Source: Octopus sinensis
Lineage: Eukaryota
Length of the DNA: 64,000 nucleotides
Assembly: GCF_006345805.1 (NCBI RefSeq)
Contig: NC_043006.1
Span: forward strand, 11,656,001-11,720,000
Direction: 5' to 3'
The notes below the pieces were generated by a model. The model did not search any database. It saw only the letters and a program-made list of their open reading frames with translations, and was not told the origin of the DNA. Below, piece by piece: positions 51,856 through 64,000 of this stretch (its first letter is position 1; the number at the start of each line of letters is the position of its first letter). Position numbers and translations under genes: made by a program.

Positions 51856-53862
51856 CCAGTGTAAACACATTACCACAGTACTGAGAGCTTATGGCTCTTG
51901 TATCAGTAAAATGATTAATTGTTATTTTACAATATAATGCATTGAATTATATTAACATATTTTTTTCTCTGCTTGTTGCATAGTTAAAGGGTAGTGGAAT
52001 AACATAATCCGCAGAGCAAGAGACTGCATGGCTTCCCTATTTAGCTGCTTCGGCTTTATATTTCAAATTTAAATTCCACCCTGGTATACCTCCTTTTTTT
52101 CCCCTTCAGGGAGTATTAAAAAAGTACACCAGCCAAGCTTTGAAATCAAAATAGTCGAGGGTTCCTTTTTCCCGAAATGTGTGGCCTTGTGACAGTCTAA
52201 AAAATATGCTTGAGATATGACTTGAAACCGGCGGAGAGCCATTCGCTTCACGTAATAAAAATAGATATTAATACATTTATTTTGCTCTTTCTTATTTAGA
52301 ATATACAAAAATTAATGAAAAATAATTCATATTCTAAAACAAATCAATAGAAACATACAAATAATAGCACACACACACACACACATACACATCCATCCAC
52401 AGATACATACGTACATACACACATTCACACACACACGTATTTCATCCTGAGTATAAAAGACATGGAAAATATATGAAGATATTTTATTTGTATTAATTAA
52501 ATGATGTTGCAATGGAAGTATATATTTATTTCACAATAGAAATATACATGCTCACATATACAGCTCTTACTATAAATTTATGCAGAGATACTCAAAAATA
52601 TTTCTGCTGAAATACATTTTCTTATTAACATATTTTGACATATCGTAGACTGCGCCAGACAGCTACTATTTATGTAACATAATAATATAGTTTTATATAA
52701 CACTTATCATCTTTTGATGCCTGCTATCGTTTTAAGGACCTTATAGAAGAAAAATCAAAGAAAACTATATTATATGGTATTATTTTGGATTTTAGTTTTA
52801 TTCTGTTCTGATACGAGAAAAATCACAAATCTGTTATGTGTTTATCGCATTTCGTATAAACATCATATTATAGCGGTGGTAAAAAGCAGCAAGACAGCCG
52901 GGTCCCAAATTGTGTAGATCATAGCATAGAATTTGTTGCCTCATTGATTTGTGTATGAATTTTGCTACCATCAACTTTACCATTCACCTCTCCTGGTTCT
53001 GATAAAACAAACACTGTTAACAACATATTGAAATCGATTTAATCGAATATCGAATGCTGAAGCGTCTTTTCTAAAAATATCAATAAAATATTAATAATCT
53101 TTTTTTTTTTTTCAGAAACACAAACTATAAATATCTTCTATGTAATTACTTCTATCTATCTAATTAATTGCATAAGATTATCTTTTATCCTTTCCTCAAC
53201 TTCGATTAACCTGACACTCCCTCCAAAACATCAAACGTCCTCACCCCCCCCCCCAGCAGCCCTACCCATTATACTCACCTCTCTGTTCCTCCTGTTTAAC
53301 CTCTACTACATCAAAACATGTGATCCAAGTGAAGGAACCCCTATGTGGTCGCTTAACCGGCTAGAAATAAAAGACTGATAGCTCTCAAATTGAAACCTAT
53401 CGTGTTGAAATGGGACGGAAACAGTTGATGACGCAGCCAAGATACGCCGTGTCTGAAGAAAGGACCAGATGGAAATAGTTGGAACGCTTTTGATGATAGG
53501 TCAGCACAATGAGCAAAAACAAATTCTATGTAACTGTAGAGCATGTCCACTGATACATAATTTTTCAGACATACAAGGGAACTGGTATCACAAGATTTCT
53601 TGTCATGAATTCAATTAAGAATATTCTGCAAATTGTGCTAAAACTATTTCCTATTTTTCCCCACGGTATTTTCTAGTTTTAAAAGCAAAAACCTCATATT
53701 CCTAAACAGTTCCTCCATTAGTTGATAGGTACTTTATTTTATCGACCTCAGAGGGACGAAAACCAAAGTTGACCTGCGCGGAGTTTGAATTCAGAATATT
53801 AAGAGCCGGAAGCAATACTGCAAAATATTTTGACGACATTCCAACAATTCCATCAACAAGGC

Positions 53863-54263
53863 TACTCTCTTTACTTATTTCAGTCATTTCACTGCGGCCA
53901 TGCTGGAGCACCGCCTTTAGTCGAGTAAATCGACCCATGACTTGTGCTTTGTAAGCATAGTACTTATTTTATCGGTTTCTTTTGCCGAACCGCTAAGTTA
54001 CGGGGACGTAAACACACCACCATCAGTTGTCAAGTGATGTTGCGGAGGACAAACACAGACACACAGACATACACACACACACATATATATATATACATAT
54101 ATACGACGGGTTTCTTTCAGTTTCCGTCTACCAAATCCACTCACAAGGCTTTGGTCGGCCCGAGACTATAGTAGAAGCCACTTGCCTAAGGTGCCACGCA
54201 ATGGGACTGAACCATGAATCATGTTGTTGGTAAGCAAGCAACTTACTACACAGCCACTCCTGC
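53863..54263 (-). mobile_element. SINE family A
   Basis: Full-length reverse copy. Confidence 0.9.
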
Positions 54264-54765
54264 TACCTTCACAATTTTGAGAATTAATCATACCTAATTA
54301 TGCAAAAGACCTGTAATTTTAAAGGGAGGGTTTAGTCGATACCACCGACCACAATACTTGACTGATATTTATTTTATCGATCACCAAATGTTGAAAGGCA
54401 CACCTGACCTCGCCGGGATTCGAACTAATAATGTGAAGAGCCAGAACAAATTCCGCAAAGATTTCTCTACACTCTAACGATTCTGCCACCTTGCTGTACT
54501 AAACCGTTTCAAATTTTGACACAGGGCCATCGCTCCCAATTGTTGGTAAGTACTTTACTAATATTTATTTTATTGACCACAAATAATCTGAAGGCGAAGT
54601 TGAGAGTAAAGTGTCGGAATAAATGCCTTAAAGCATTTTCCCGAAGCTCTATCCTGCAAGTTGGTCGCCTAAACAATTTTAGAAATAAAGGAAAGATTTT
54701 ATATAAACACGAAATAAAAATTCCAGCTGTGAGTGCGCGTGGCTTAGCGGTTAAGGGTACTCAGA

Positions 54766-54998
54766 AGGCGGCGAGCTGGCAGAAACGTTAGCACACCAAA
54801 CAAATGTGTAGTCGTATTTCGTCTGCCGCTACGTTCTGAGTTCAAATTCCGGCGAGGTCGACTTTGCCTTTCATCCTTTCGGGGTCGATAAATTAAGTAC
54901 CAGTTACGCACTGGTGTAGATGTAATCGACTTAATACCTATGTCTGTCCTTGTTTGTCCCCTCTATGTTTAGCCCCTTGTGGGTAGTAAAGAAATAGG
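54766..54998 (+). mobile_element. SINE family B inserted into the tRNA head of an older SINE (54725-55278)
   Basis: Flanked by an imperfect TSD ggtactcaga/ggtattcaga; the host SINE resumes at ~55000. Confidence 0.85.
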
Positions 54999-56906
54999 TA
55001 TTCAGATCACGATTGTAAGGTCGTGAGTTCGATTCCTGGCGGTCCGTTTTGTCCTTGAGCAAGACACTTTATTTCGTGTTGTTCCTGTACATTCAGCTGG
55101 CAAAAAATGAATAGTACATGTAATTCAAAGGGCCAGCCATGTCACATTCTGAGTAATGCTAAATCTCCCTGAAAACTTCACTAAGTGTACGCGTGTCTAT
55201 GGAGTACTGAGCCACTTGCACGTTACGTTAATTTCACGAGCAAGCTGTTCTGTTGATCGGATCATCTGGAACGCTCGCCGTCGTAACCGACGGAGTGCAG
55301 TTTAAAACTGTCAACAGGATCAATTTCAGACACCATAGCTACATATTATCACAGAATCAATCTGCCACTTATAACTTCCATCCTTACTTCGTCATGGCAG
55401 TGATAGCAAATATGAAATTCAGAGAAAAAAAATGGAGCGTTTTATTAATTGGGAATATATTTCCATTAAATGAAATCTGGAGCTTTTTCTAAAACATACA
55501 CGAAAATTTAAAATATATGATTTTGAAATTTCAGAAGTTGTAGCTACGTATTTATGGCATGTATGTGTATATGTATTTATGCGTGAGCGTGTGATTGCAA
55601 ATATTGGTTCATTAAAATTTGATTATGTATTGATATATAATGTATATTAAAGAAAAGATGAATCAGATAAAATATTTCCGAGTTGATATTGTTTGTTTAT
55701 TATTTGCAGATAATTTAGTCGGTTTTCTTGGAAGGCAGATGGAATCTAAGCATAGATCTAATTATGGATATTATCTCAAATCAAATAGTTCATATAGTAA
55801 ATGATCTGAGTGTAATTTGAATTAACATTTTGAATTATCAATTTGAATTATCGATAGTAAAGTGAATATTCTCTTCATAGAAGATTGACTATTATGATGC
55901 CTTGTACTGTTCTCTATGACTCATGCACTGGAATGTTGGTAAAATAGAGGCAACATTCCAATACATGAGACTATAGAAATCAGCATGAGTGATATCTTTA
56001 TAAGTAATTTCCCTTCGTTTCTGTTTTTTTTTTTGTTTGGTGAGCCATTTGCATCGTCGTTCGTGTAACATAACATCGAAAGGAGTTTGTTACCAGGAAG
56101 AAGAAAAAGCATATGTATCCATCGTATGTTACTATATCGAAACAGTTATTATATAAAGATGATTGGTTGTTTATGCCGATGCTTCTTTGTTTGACTCGGT
56201 TCGCTGATGGGGTTTAATAGAACCAAAAGATGTCACCGTATTGCTAATGGTCAGACTCACTCCGATTCTCAAACATTCCAGTTTTCATCAATTAAAGCCA
56301 ATCAGGATACTCATTCAGAATACTCATTAAATTGATGATACTCTCTCTTCACAAATGTAATTACAGGTGCAATTTTAATTAATTAAATTTTATTAGCTCA
56401 CTCCACTAAATATATTAATACCAACTAGACTGTTTCATTACTAGAGATTTGTAATTATAATTTCTACTTCATTAGTTGGCAGAAAAGGTGAAACGTAGTC
56501 TAAATTCATACAAAGCAAATGCATCCCTCTTAGGTCTGTGTCTAATAAGTAAATAGCGGTCTTTGTTTTTCATTCATTAAAGGACTCTTAAATACGGAGC
56601 AAAAGGAAGTCGTTTTGGTGAAGAAACTTATCTTCCTTACACACAATGTCATCGTATCTACAAATGGGGAAGTAAATTGGAAGAGAGGTATCGGTTAAAG
56701 GACATTATTTAGCTATAGCAGTCCCATAAAAATATTTCTACTAGTTCTCTCTCTCACACATCCTCTTCCTTGGTTTCTGTTCTCTTTTTATTATTTCTAA
56801 TACATACGCAGATACAGAAACATACATATACATTTTATGTATGCTTAGAAACAATCCATCCATCCACATACATACATACATAAATATACATAAATATACA
56901 TACTTT

Positions 56907-56952
<46 letters not shown>

Positions 56953-56997
56953 TACATACAAATATATATATATATATGCATACATACAAATATATAT

Positions 56998-57033
<36 letters not shown>

Positions 57034-57044
57034 GCCACTACACA

Positions 57045-57207
57045 CAATTTTTCCTTGTTTCTCTAATTGTTTTTTCTGTGTCCCTTTTTGTAGAAGAGCG
57101 TAGGCTCGAAACGTAAAATACTTTTTCTATTCCTGAGCGTTATACTAATACATCTGTTTGTTTCGTACACCACTTGTCTTCGTCTTTTGTTTTTTTTCGT
57201 GAACTCT

Positions 57208-57211
<4 letters not shown>
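57045..57211 (+). mobile_element. Second copy of the same short Penelope-like fragment
   Basis: Direct match to 14585-14755; flanked by (TA)n. Confidence 0.65.
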
Positions 57212-57254
<43 letters not shown>

Positions 57255-57894
57255 TAATCTTTACCTATAAAATAATCTACACTCGCATCCAATATGAATA
57301 TAGATATATTTTATGTATAGTTAGAAATGACATTTATATGCGTGTGCATATATAATCTGTAAGTATACGTAAAGTAAATCCACACGTACACAGAAAGTAT
57401 ACACATATGGCCCTCAATATTGCAAAAAAATACCGTACACATGAACATACACATAAACACACGCACATACGGCAACGTATATGTATAGCATATCCTCCTC
57501 CTTCGTACAATCTATGGATAATCTCTACCGATATACGACTAAAAATATACCTAAATATAACAATGTAGGAATATAAAGCTGAAATATTAATCACATCCAA
57601 TCCTTGCAGACATAGACGGAAGCACGCACATATAGACACACACACGTGCACACATTCACAGACACACATACGCATATACATATATACATATACGCACACA
57701 CACACACGTATATATATGCTTATTCTAATGTAAACATGCCAACAGCTACATGACAATGATGACATGTGAATCTCTGCATATACATTTTTAATGTGAAGTA
57801 TACAAATTTATAATAGTACAAGCGACTCTTGAACATCTCACAAAATACTTCTCGTTTTGTTCACCGGAGAAAGAAAGACAGAGAGAGAAAGAAA

Positions 57895-57925
<31 letters not shown>

Positions 57926-58182
57926 TGAGAGAGAAAGAAACGAAACGGGAGATTATCTACCACCTTTATAATAGGAATGTTACAGATAATGATTGATGGT
58001 GAGGAGGTGAATATGTAGTTTAAAAAACCGAAAGATGATTGAAGTACTTGTACTTAACAATTTGTCCAAAACTGTGAGTGAAAAACATAACATACCTGGC
58101 TGGGTGCGGAAATGTAAGGCACAACAGAGAGGCGCCATTAGAAACGGATTTTGTCTAGTTCGTTCAGAAAGGGCTATATATA

Positions 58183-58577
58183 TACTCTTTACTCTTTTAC
58201 TTGTTTCAGTCATTTTTGACTGCGGCCATGCTGGAGCACCGCCTTTAATCGAGCAATTCGACCCCGGGACTTATTCTTTTGTAAGCCCAGTACTTATTCC
58301 ATCGATCTCTTTTGCCGAACTGCTAAGTAACGGGGACATAAACACACCAGCATCGGTTGTCAAGCAATGCTAGGGGGACAAACACACACACACATACATA
58401 TATATATACATATATACGACGAGATTCATTCAGTTTCCGTCTACCAAATCCACTCACAAGGCATTGGTCGGCCCGGGGCTATAGCAGAAGACACTTACCC
58501 AAGATGCCACGCAGTGGGACTGAACCCGGAACCATGTGGTTGGTTAGCAAGCTACTTACCACACAGCCACTCCTCCG

Positions 58578-58580
<3 letters not shown>
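58183..58580 (-). mobile_element. SINE family A
   Basis: Full-length reverse copy. Confidence 0.9.
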
Positions 58581-58632
<52 letters not shown>

Positions 58633-58854
58633 TATAAACAAGAGCAAAAGAATATTATTTTGCAATCTGCTGAAACAGAATTTTAAATCGTCGATTTCCA
58701 CATATTATACTCACTACAGAAATACCTTTCTTTTGCTCTTGTTTATAAGTTGTTTATGATTTTAACCTTTAAAGGTATTTTAATATGCTGCCACTTTTTG
58801 ATGAAATTTTTCTGTAAAAAACTTCATCCTGACCTCGTGTGTACCGTTGACGAT

Positions 58855-59020
58855 TTTTTTCCCCCTGTCTTCCCTTCTCTGGATCTTTCCTTCTCCTATG
58901 TTTCCGACGAAGAACTCCGCTCGAAACGTTAAATCCTCCTTCTTCCCTTCTTCACTGAGCGTCCAATAATACTTTATTTGTTCCACGTCCTCACGTTGTG
59001 TTTTTTTTGTTCGGATTAAC
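58855..59020 (+). mobile_element. Related Penelope-like terminal fragment, different subfamily
   Basis: CCGACGA A GAAC-tcc-GCTC GAAA CG TT motif; same pyrimidine-rich layout, followed by (TA)n. Confidence 0.5.
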
Positions 59021-59044
59021 TATATATATATATATATATATATT

Positions 59045-59398
59045 TACTCTCTTTTACTCTTATATTTGTTTCAGTTATGTCACTGCGGCCATGTCCAAAA
59101 AATCGACCCTAGTACTTACTCTATCGGTCTCTTTTGCTTAAACGCTAAGTTACGCAGACGTTAACGCGCCAGCATCGGTTGTCAAGCGGTGGTGGTGGTG
59201 GGGGAGGGGGACAAACACAGTCACACAAACATACACACATAGACACTCAAACACACACATATATGACGGGCTTCTTTTAGTTTCCGTCTGTCTACCATAT
59301 CTACAAGGCTTGGTCGGCTCGAGGCTATAGTAGAAGAAATCTGCCCAAGGTGCCACGCAGTGGGACTGAACCCGGACCCATGCGGTTGGTAAGCAAAC
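59045..59398 (-). mobile_element. SINE family A, diverged
   Basis: Reverse copy with deletions. Confidence 0.85.
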
Positions 59399-59404
59399 AT
59401 AGAT

Positions 59405-59435
<31 letters not shown>

Positions 59436-59968
59436 TATATATATATATACATATACATAAAAGAAAAAGTATTCACTACATTGTCCAGAACTGATGGCAC
59501 GTAATCTAATGGTTAGAATCTTAGTCTCATGATCATACCATTGTGGGTTCGCTTCCTGGGCCGGGTAGCACGTCAAGTCCTTGAGCAAGTCATTATATTT
59601 GCTCCAGTCAACTTAACTGCAAATGAGTACCAATGGACTACTGATGCAGCTATATATCCCTCCAGTTGTTACATTTGCAATATACTGCTATGTTGAGGGC
59701 GAGAAAAAATTACCCATAACTATAGTTTACCTTATATATCCCTTCTCAAACGTAGATGTTCTTTTAGAACATACTTCACCGCCGTAGTTACCATAACAGA
59801 AACTTTCACACTGGCATTTTGGTGCAAAATGCACTCTCTCTTACATCGCTACCTCCAAATCCCTGCTACCTCCAGCGCCGAGACAAAAAGGTCACGTAAT
59901 TTTCATTTTGTTTGGTCTTGTGTATGATGGATATTTGACCACCAGACATCTTTGTTTTATTGTACAGA

Positions 59969-60068
59969 ATACCTTGTTTTATTGTATTGATACCTTGTTT
60001 TATTTTATGTAGTACCTCGTTTTATTGTATAGAGTACCTTGTATTATTGTATAGAGTACCTTGTTTTA
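59969..60068 (+). repeat. ~22-bp minisatellite (taccttgttttattgtatagag), about 5 copies
   Basis: Direct inspection. Confidence 0.9.
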
Positions 60069-60439
60069 AATTATAACAAGTTCTTTACATGAGGCTCAAA
60101 TATGTAAAACTATTCCAGAGCCTTAAATAATGTACATGAAATTTGCGCTGTATCTACAACATACTCTTTGCTGGGCACTGTGACAAAAACACTGTGCTAA
60201 AGAATTAAAATTCATTCTAATATATTTCATCTGGTGAACTGATTAATTAATTAATAATTGGAAGTAAGTAAAAGCAATGCCTAAGAATTATAATATTTGG
60301 GCATAAAGGTTTTAAACATTGTGTTTTTAGAGAAAAGCGAATCGTATCAAATATTAATTGAACTGTATTACTTATAACTTTGATTGTTGATTTTAGCCCC
60401 GGTTTAGGTTAGGTCAGCAAACTTAATATTAGTTTCAAA

Positions 60440-60580
60440 TTTCGGTAGAAGTCCATTTAGTTTATCGAACCCGAAAGCTGAAAGGCAAAGTCAACCTCGG
60501 CGGAATTTGAATACAGAACGTAAAAACGGATGAACTGCCGCTAAGCACTTTGCCCGACGTGCTAACGATTCTGCCTGCAA
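60440..60580 (-). mobile_element. SINE family B variant
   Basis: Reverse central domain and head. Further decayed copies at ~18580-18840, 53700-53830, 54330-54495 and 61243-61330. Confidence 0.75.
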
Positions 60581-61472
60581 ACTTAAAAGTAAAGCCGTTA
60601 TAACTGTCTGTCCACATTTTCCAGTCAGATTCTCTCAAACTATATTTATTACAACATGTCGGCTGTTGAGTATAAAATCTAGAAAAGGGAGAGAATGCAA
60701 CCTCAGATCAAATTACAATTCCAAAATTGTTATTGAGATTAAAATTATAAAATGAAAATGCACTGGAAGGAAACTAAATTTCGTTAAGTGTGTGCCAATT
60801 TTAGCTTTATGTCTAACATTTGTAAATCTGACATTAGTATAAAATGTCATGAAATCTAAAACATTTAAGATATTTTCTCGATAAATATATTCTCTGAGTT
60901 TAAAGTTTTTTTTTTCAGTCAGTCTTTCATCAAAATAATAATCATTGACGTACGATCGAATATGTCTCACTCTATTATAAAAGTGTGGTGTTATCTTCAC
61001 AGAAAAATGATCTTCGCTATTTTATATTATTACATGATATTATAATTCAGCTGTATTAGATTTTAAAATTGTATTTGTTAACAGACACCATTGATAGCAT
61101 TTATGTTGCAGCAAAAGAAGCTATTTTAACTATAATCTTTCACTATTTGTGTGTTATTTTGAAGAATAATATATAAAGTGTATCCCTCATACACCAGGAA
61201 TAATGCTGTTTTTAGATTAGGTTAATATAGTGACATAGAAACGTGGCGAGCTAGCAGGATTATTAGCACACCGGGAAAAAATACTTGGAAGAATTTCGTA
61301 CGTCATTCGACTTTGCCTTTCATCCTTTTCGTGGTATATGTATATATAAATTATATATATATATATATCCATGTATATATATAAATTATATGTATGTATA
61401 TATATATATATATATATGCATATATACATACGTATGTGTATATATATATATATACATACATGTATACATTTG

Positions 61473-61509
<37 letters not shown>

Positions 61510-61750
61510 CATATATAAATATGTATGTGTGTATACACACATATATATATTACGTTATATAATTAGGGCTCAGTAAAATAATTTACTTTGCCACATACTG
61601 AAACTTTTAGAAATAGCAGCCAAAAAGTTTTTTTAGCCATTTCTTAATTAATTAGCCAATTTTAGCCATTAATTAATTAATTGATTTTTACCTTAATCAT
61701 TGATATATATATAATATATATATATAATATATATATATATATATGTGTGT

Positions 61751-61796
<46 letters not shown>

Positions 61797-62235
61797 CGTG
61801 TGTGTGTAGATACCTACTTGTGTGCACACGTGTGTGTGTGCAACTTTGTTAAATCGCTATAGAAGTATTCTCTTTACCCGAATTAGAATTGTAGCGAAGA
61901 GCAATCACGTAATACCAATTTACCGCAAACGAGGAATATCCATTTACTGGATTTTGATTTAGAAGATGGGAAAATTAATATGATATGATGGTAATCACGA
62001 TATAGATGGCAATATTTACAGACATGGTGAAAATATCGGAATTATTTCCGGATAACTGTTACCAATAACGAAAAGATATATGAAGAAAAAATAAATGTCA
62101 ATTCAGCAGAAATATTCTCTGAAATGTATATTATATACTGCTATTGTTATTGGTTTTAGTAACTGGAATACAGTCATGCTGGTGTTCTGCTTTCATGATA
62201 TTAGAGCTTGTTTCCAAATAGTGTGAGTTTAAATA

Positions 62236-63025
<790 letters not shown>

Positions 63026-63357
63026 GAGACTATAACCAATGTGGGTTAGAAAGCTTGTTAAATATGAAATAATTTCGGTGATCAGATTGCTAGTGTTGTT
63101 GTTGTTATTGCTGCAATTGCTTACCACTAGGTCAAAGTGAGTAGAGGGGCTCCAACCATGGTCTCTTCGCGTGTTCATGCGCAAGCACGACTATGTTATT
63201 TAATTTGTCTTTAATGTCAATGTATAATTACTGTGAAAAGTGATTGATTCAACATATGGTAGAAATTTAAGTCTAATAAATATAGATGGAAATGAAGCAG
63301 ACTTGGCTGCAATGATAAGGAGATCGAGTATGTGCGTTTATTCGAATAGTGACTCCA

Positions 63358-63420
63358 AAGTTTCGGCTTGATGGGCTCGTCAGATCATCTGACGAAGCAG
63401 GTAAGCCGAAACGTCGAAGT
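63358..63420. ncRNA. Penelope-type hammerhead core within a fold-back
   Basis: Plus: CTGACGA AGC-aggtaa-GCC GAAA CG TC (63389-63415). Minus also reads CTGACGA...CGAAAC. Stem I is poor. Confidence 0.5.
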
Positions 63421-64000
63421 CACTGTCAAAGTTTTCCTTGTAAATTCCTTATAGAAATGTACACCACGAAAAGTATTTAGCAAATCTCCAATTCAATGTT
63501 AAATTGTTTTTATATAGAACTTCGCATAAACATATGCAGTTACACACATATATTGCAAGATGGGTTTGTGTGTTCATGTGTTTGGCTATGCAGTTACCTG
63601 CGTTATATTTTTGTTATGTGTATATAGTATAGTTAAGGCTGTTCACCCAATATGTATAATATATATTTTAGAAATGAGGGAGAAAAATATATAACAAAAG
63701 TAACAAAATAGAAAACGGGAAAATTAAAAAAATATTCTTTAGTCGTTATTTAATAGATTCTGACGTTGTTATATACATGCATAATATGCGGATATATATA
63801 TGTATAATATATAAGTGTTTTGTGTATAATCGGAATATATTGGAAAGAATATATATTATTTCCATTTGCATGAATGTGCGAATATATTTATACAGTTGCT
63901 TTAACAATAAGTAGTTCATAATTTGAAATATTATAACATTTCCACAAAATACATGAAAAATTCGCAAGCAAATAATATAGAACAGAATTTTGGAACAGCA

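Overview
AT-rich animal nuclear DNA packed with microsatellites. The repeat families look like those of an octopus or other coleoid cephalopod; this comes from my recollection of those families, not from a search. There is no prokaryotic, rRNA or CRISPR content, and nearly all ORF-track entries are microsatellite or SINE artefacts. Host gene: one spliced minus-strand gene is supported by a non-coding exon ending at 40669, an ATG-bearing exon (39847-39641) and a large Q/H/S-rich exon (20794-20308). Two small exons at 7407-7354 and 7263-7233 are tentative. The product is not recognised. Mobile DNA: three tRNA-type SINE families, Penelope-like (GIY-YIG) remnants, mariner/maT remnants, MITEs, Helitron pieces and a Tx1/L1-type LINE inserted into a (GATA)n tract. 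Most striking: (i) about seven hammerhead-ribozyme-like motifs, including one that fills almost the whole of a putative 90-nt intron and one with an intact catalytic core at 41.1 kb; (ii) a high density of young fold-back palindromes, one with a stuttered, apparently templated spacer; (iii) a filled/empty-site pair and a shared 3' tail linking a Tx1-type LINE to an abundant SINE. All folds and alignments were done by eye, and repeat boundaries are approximate.
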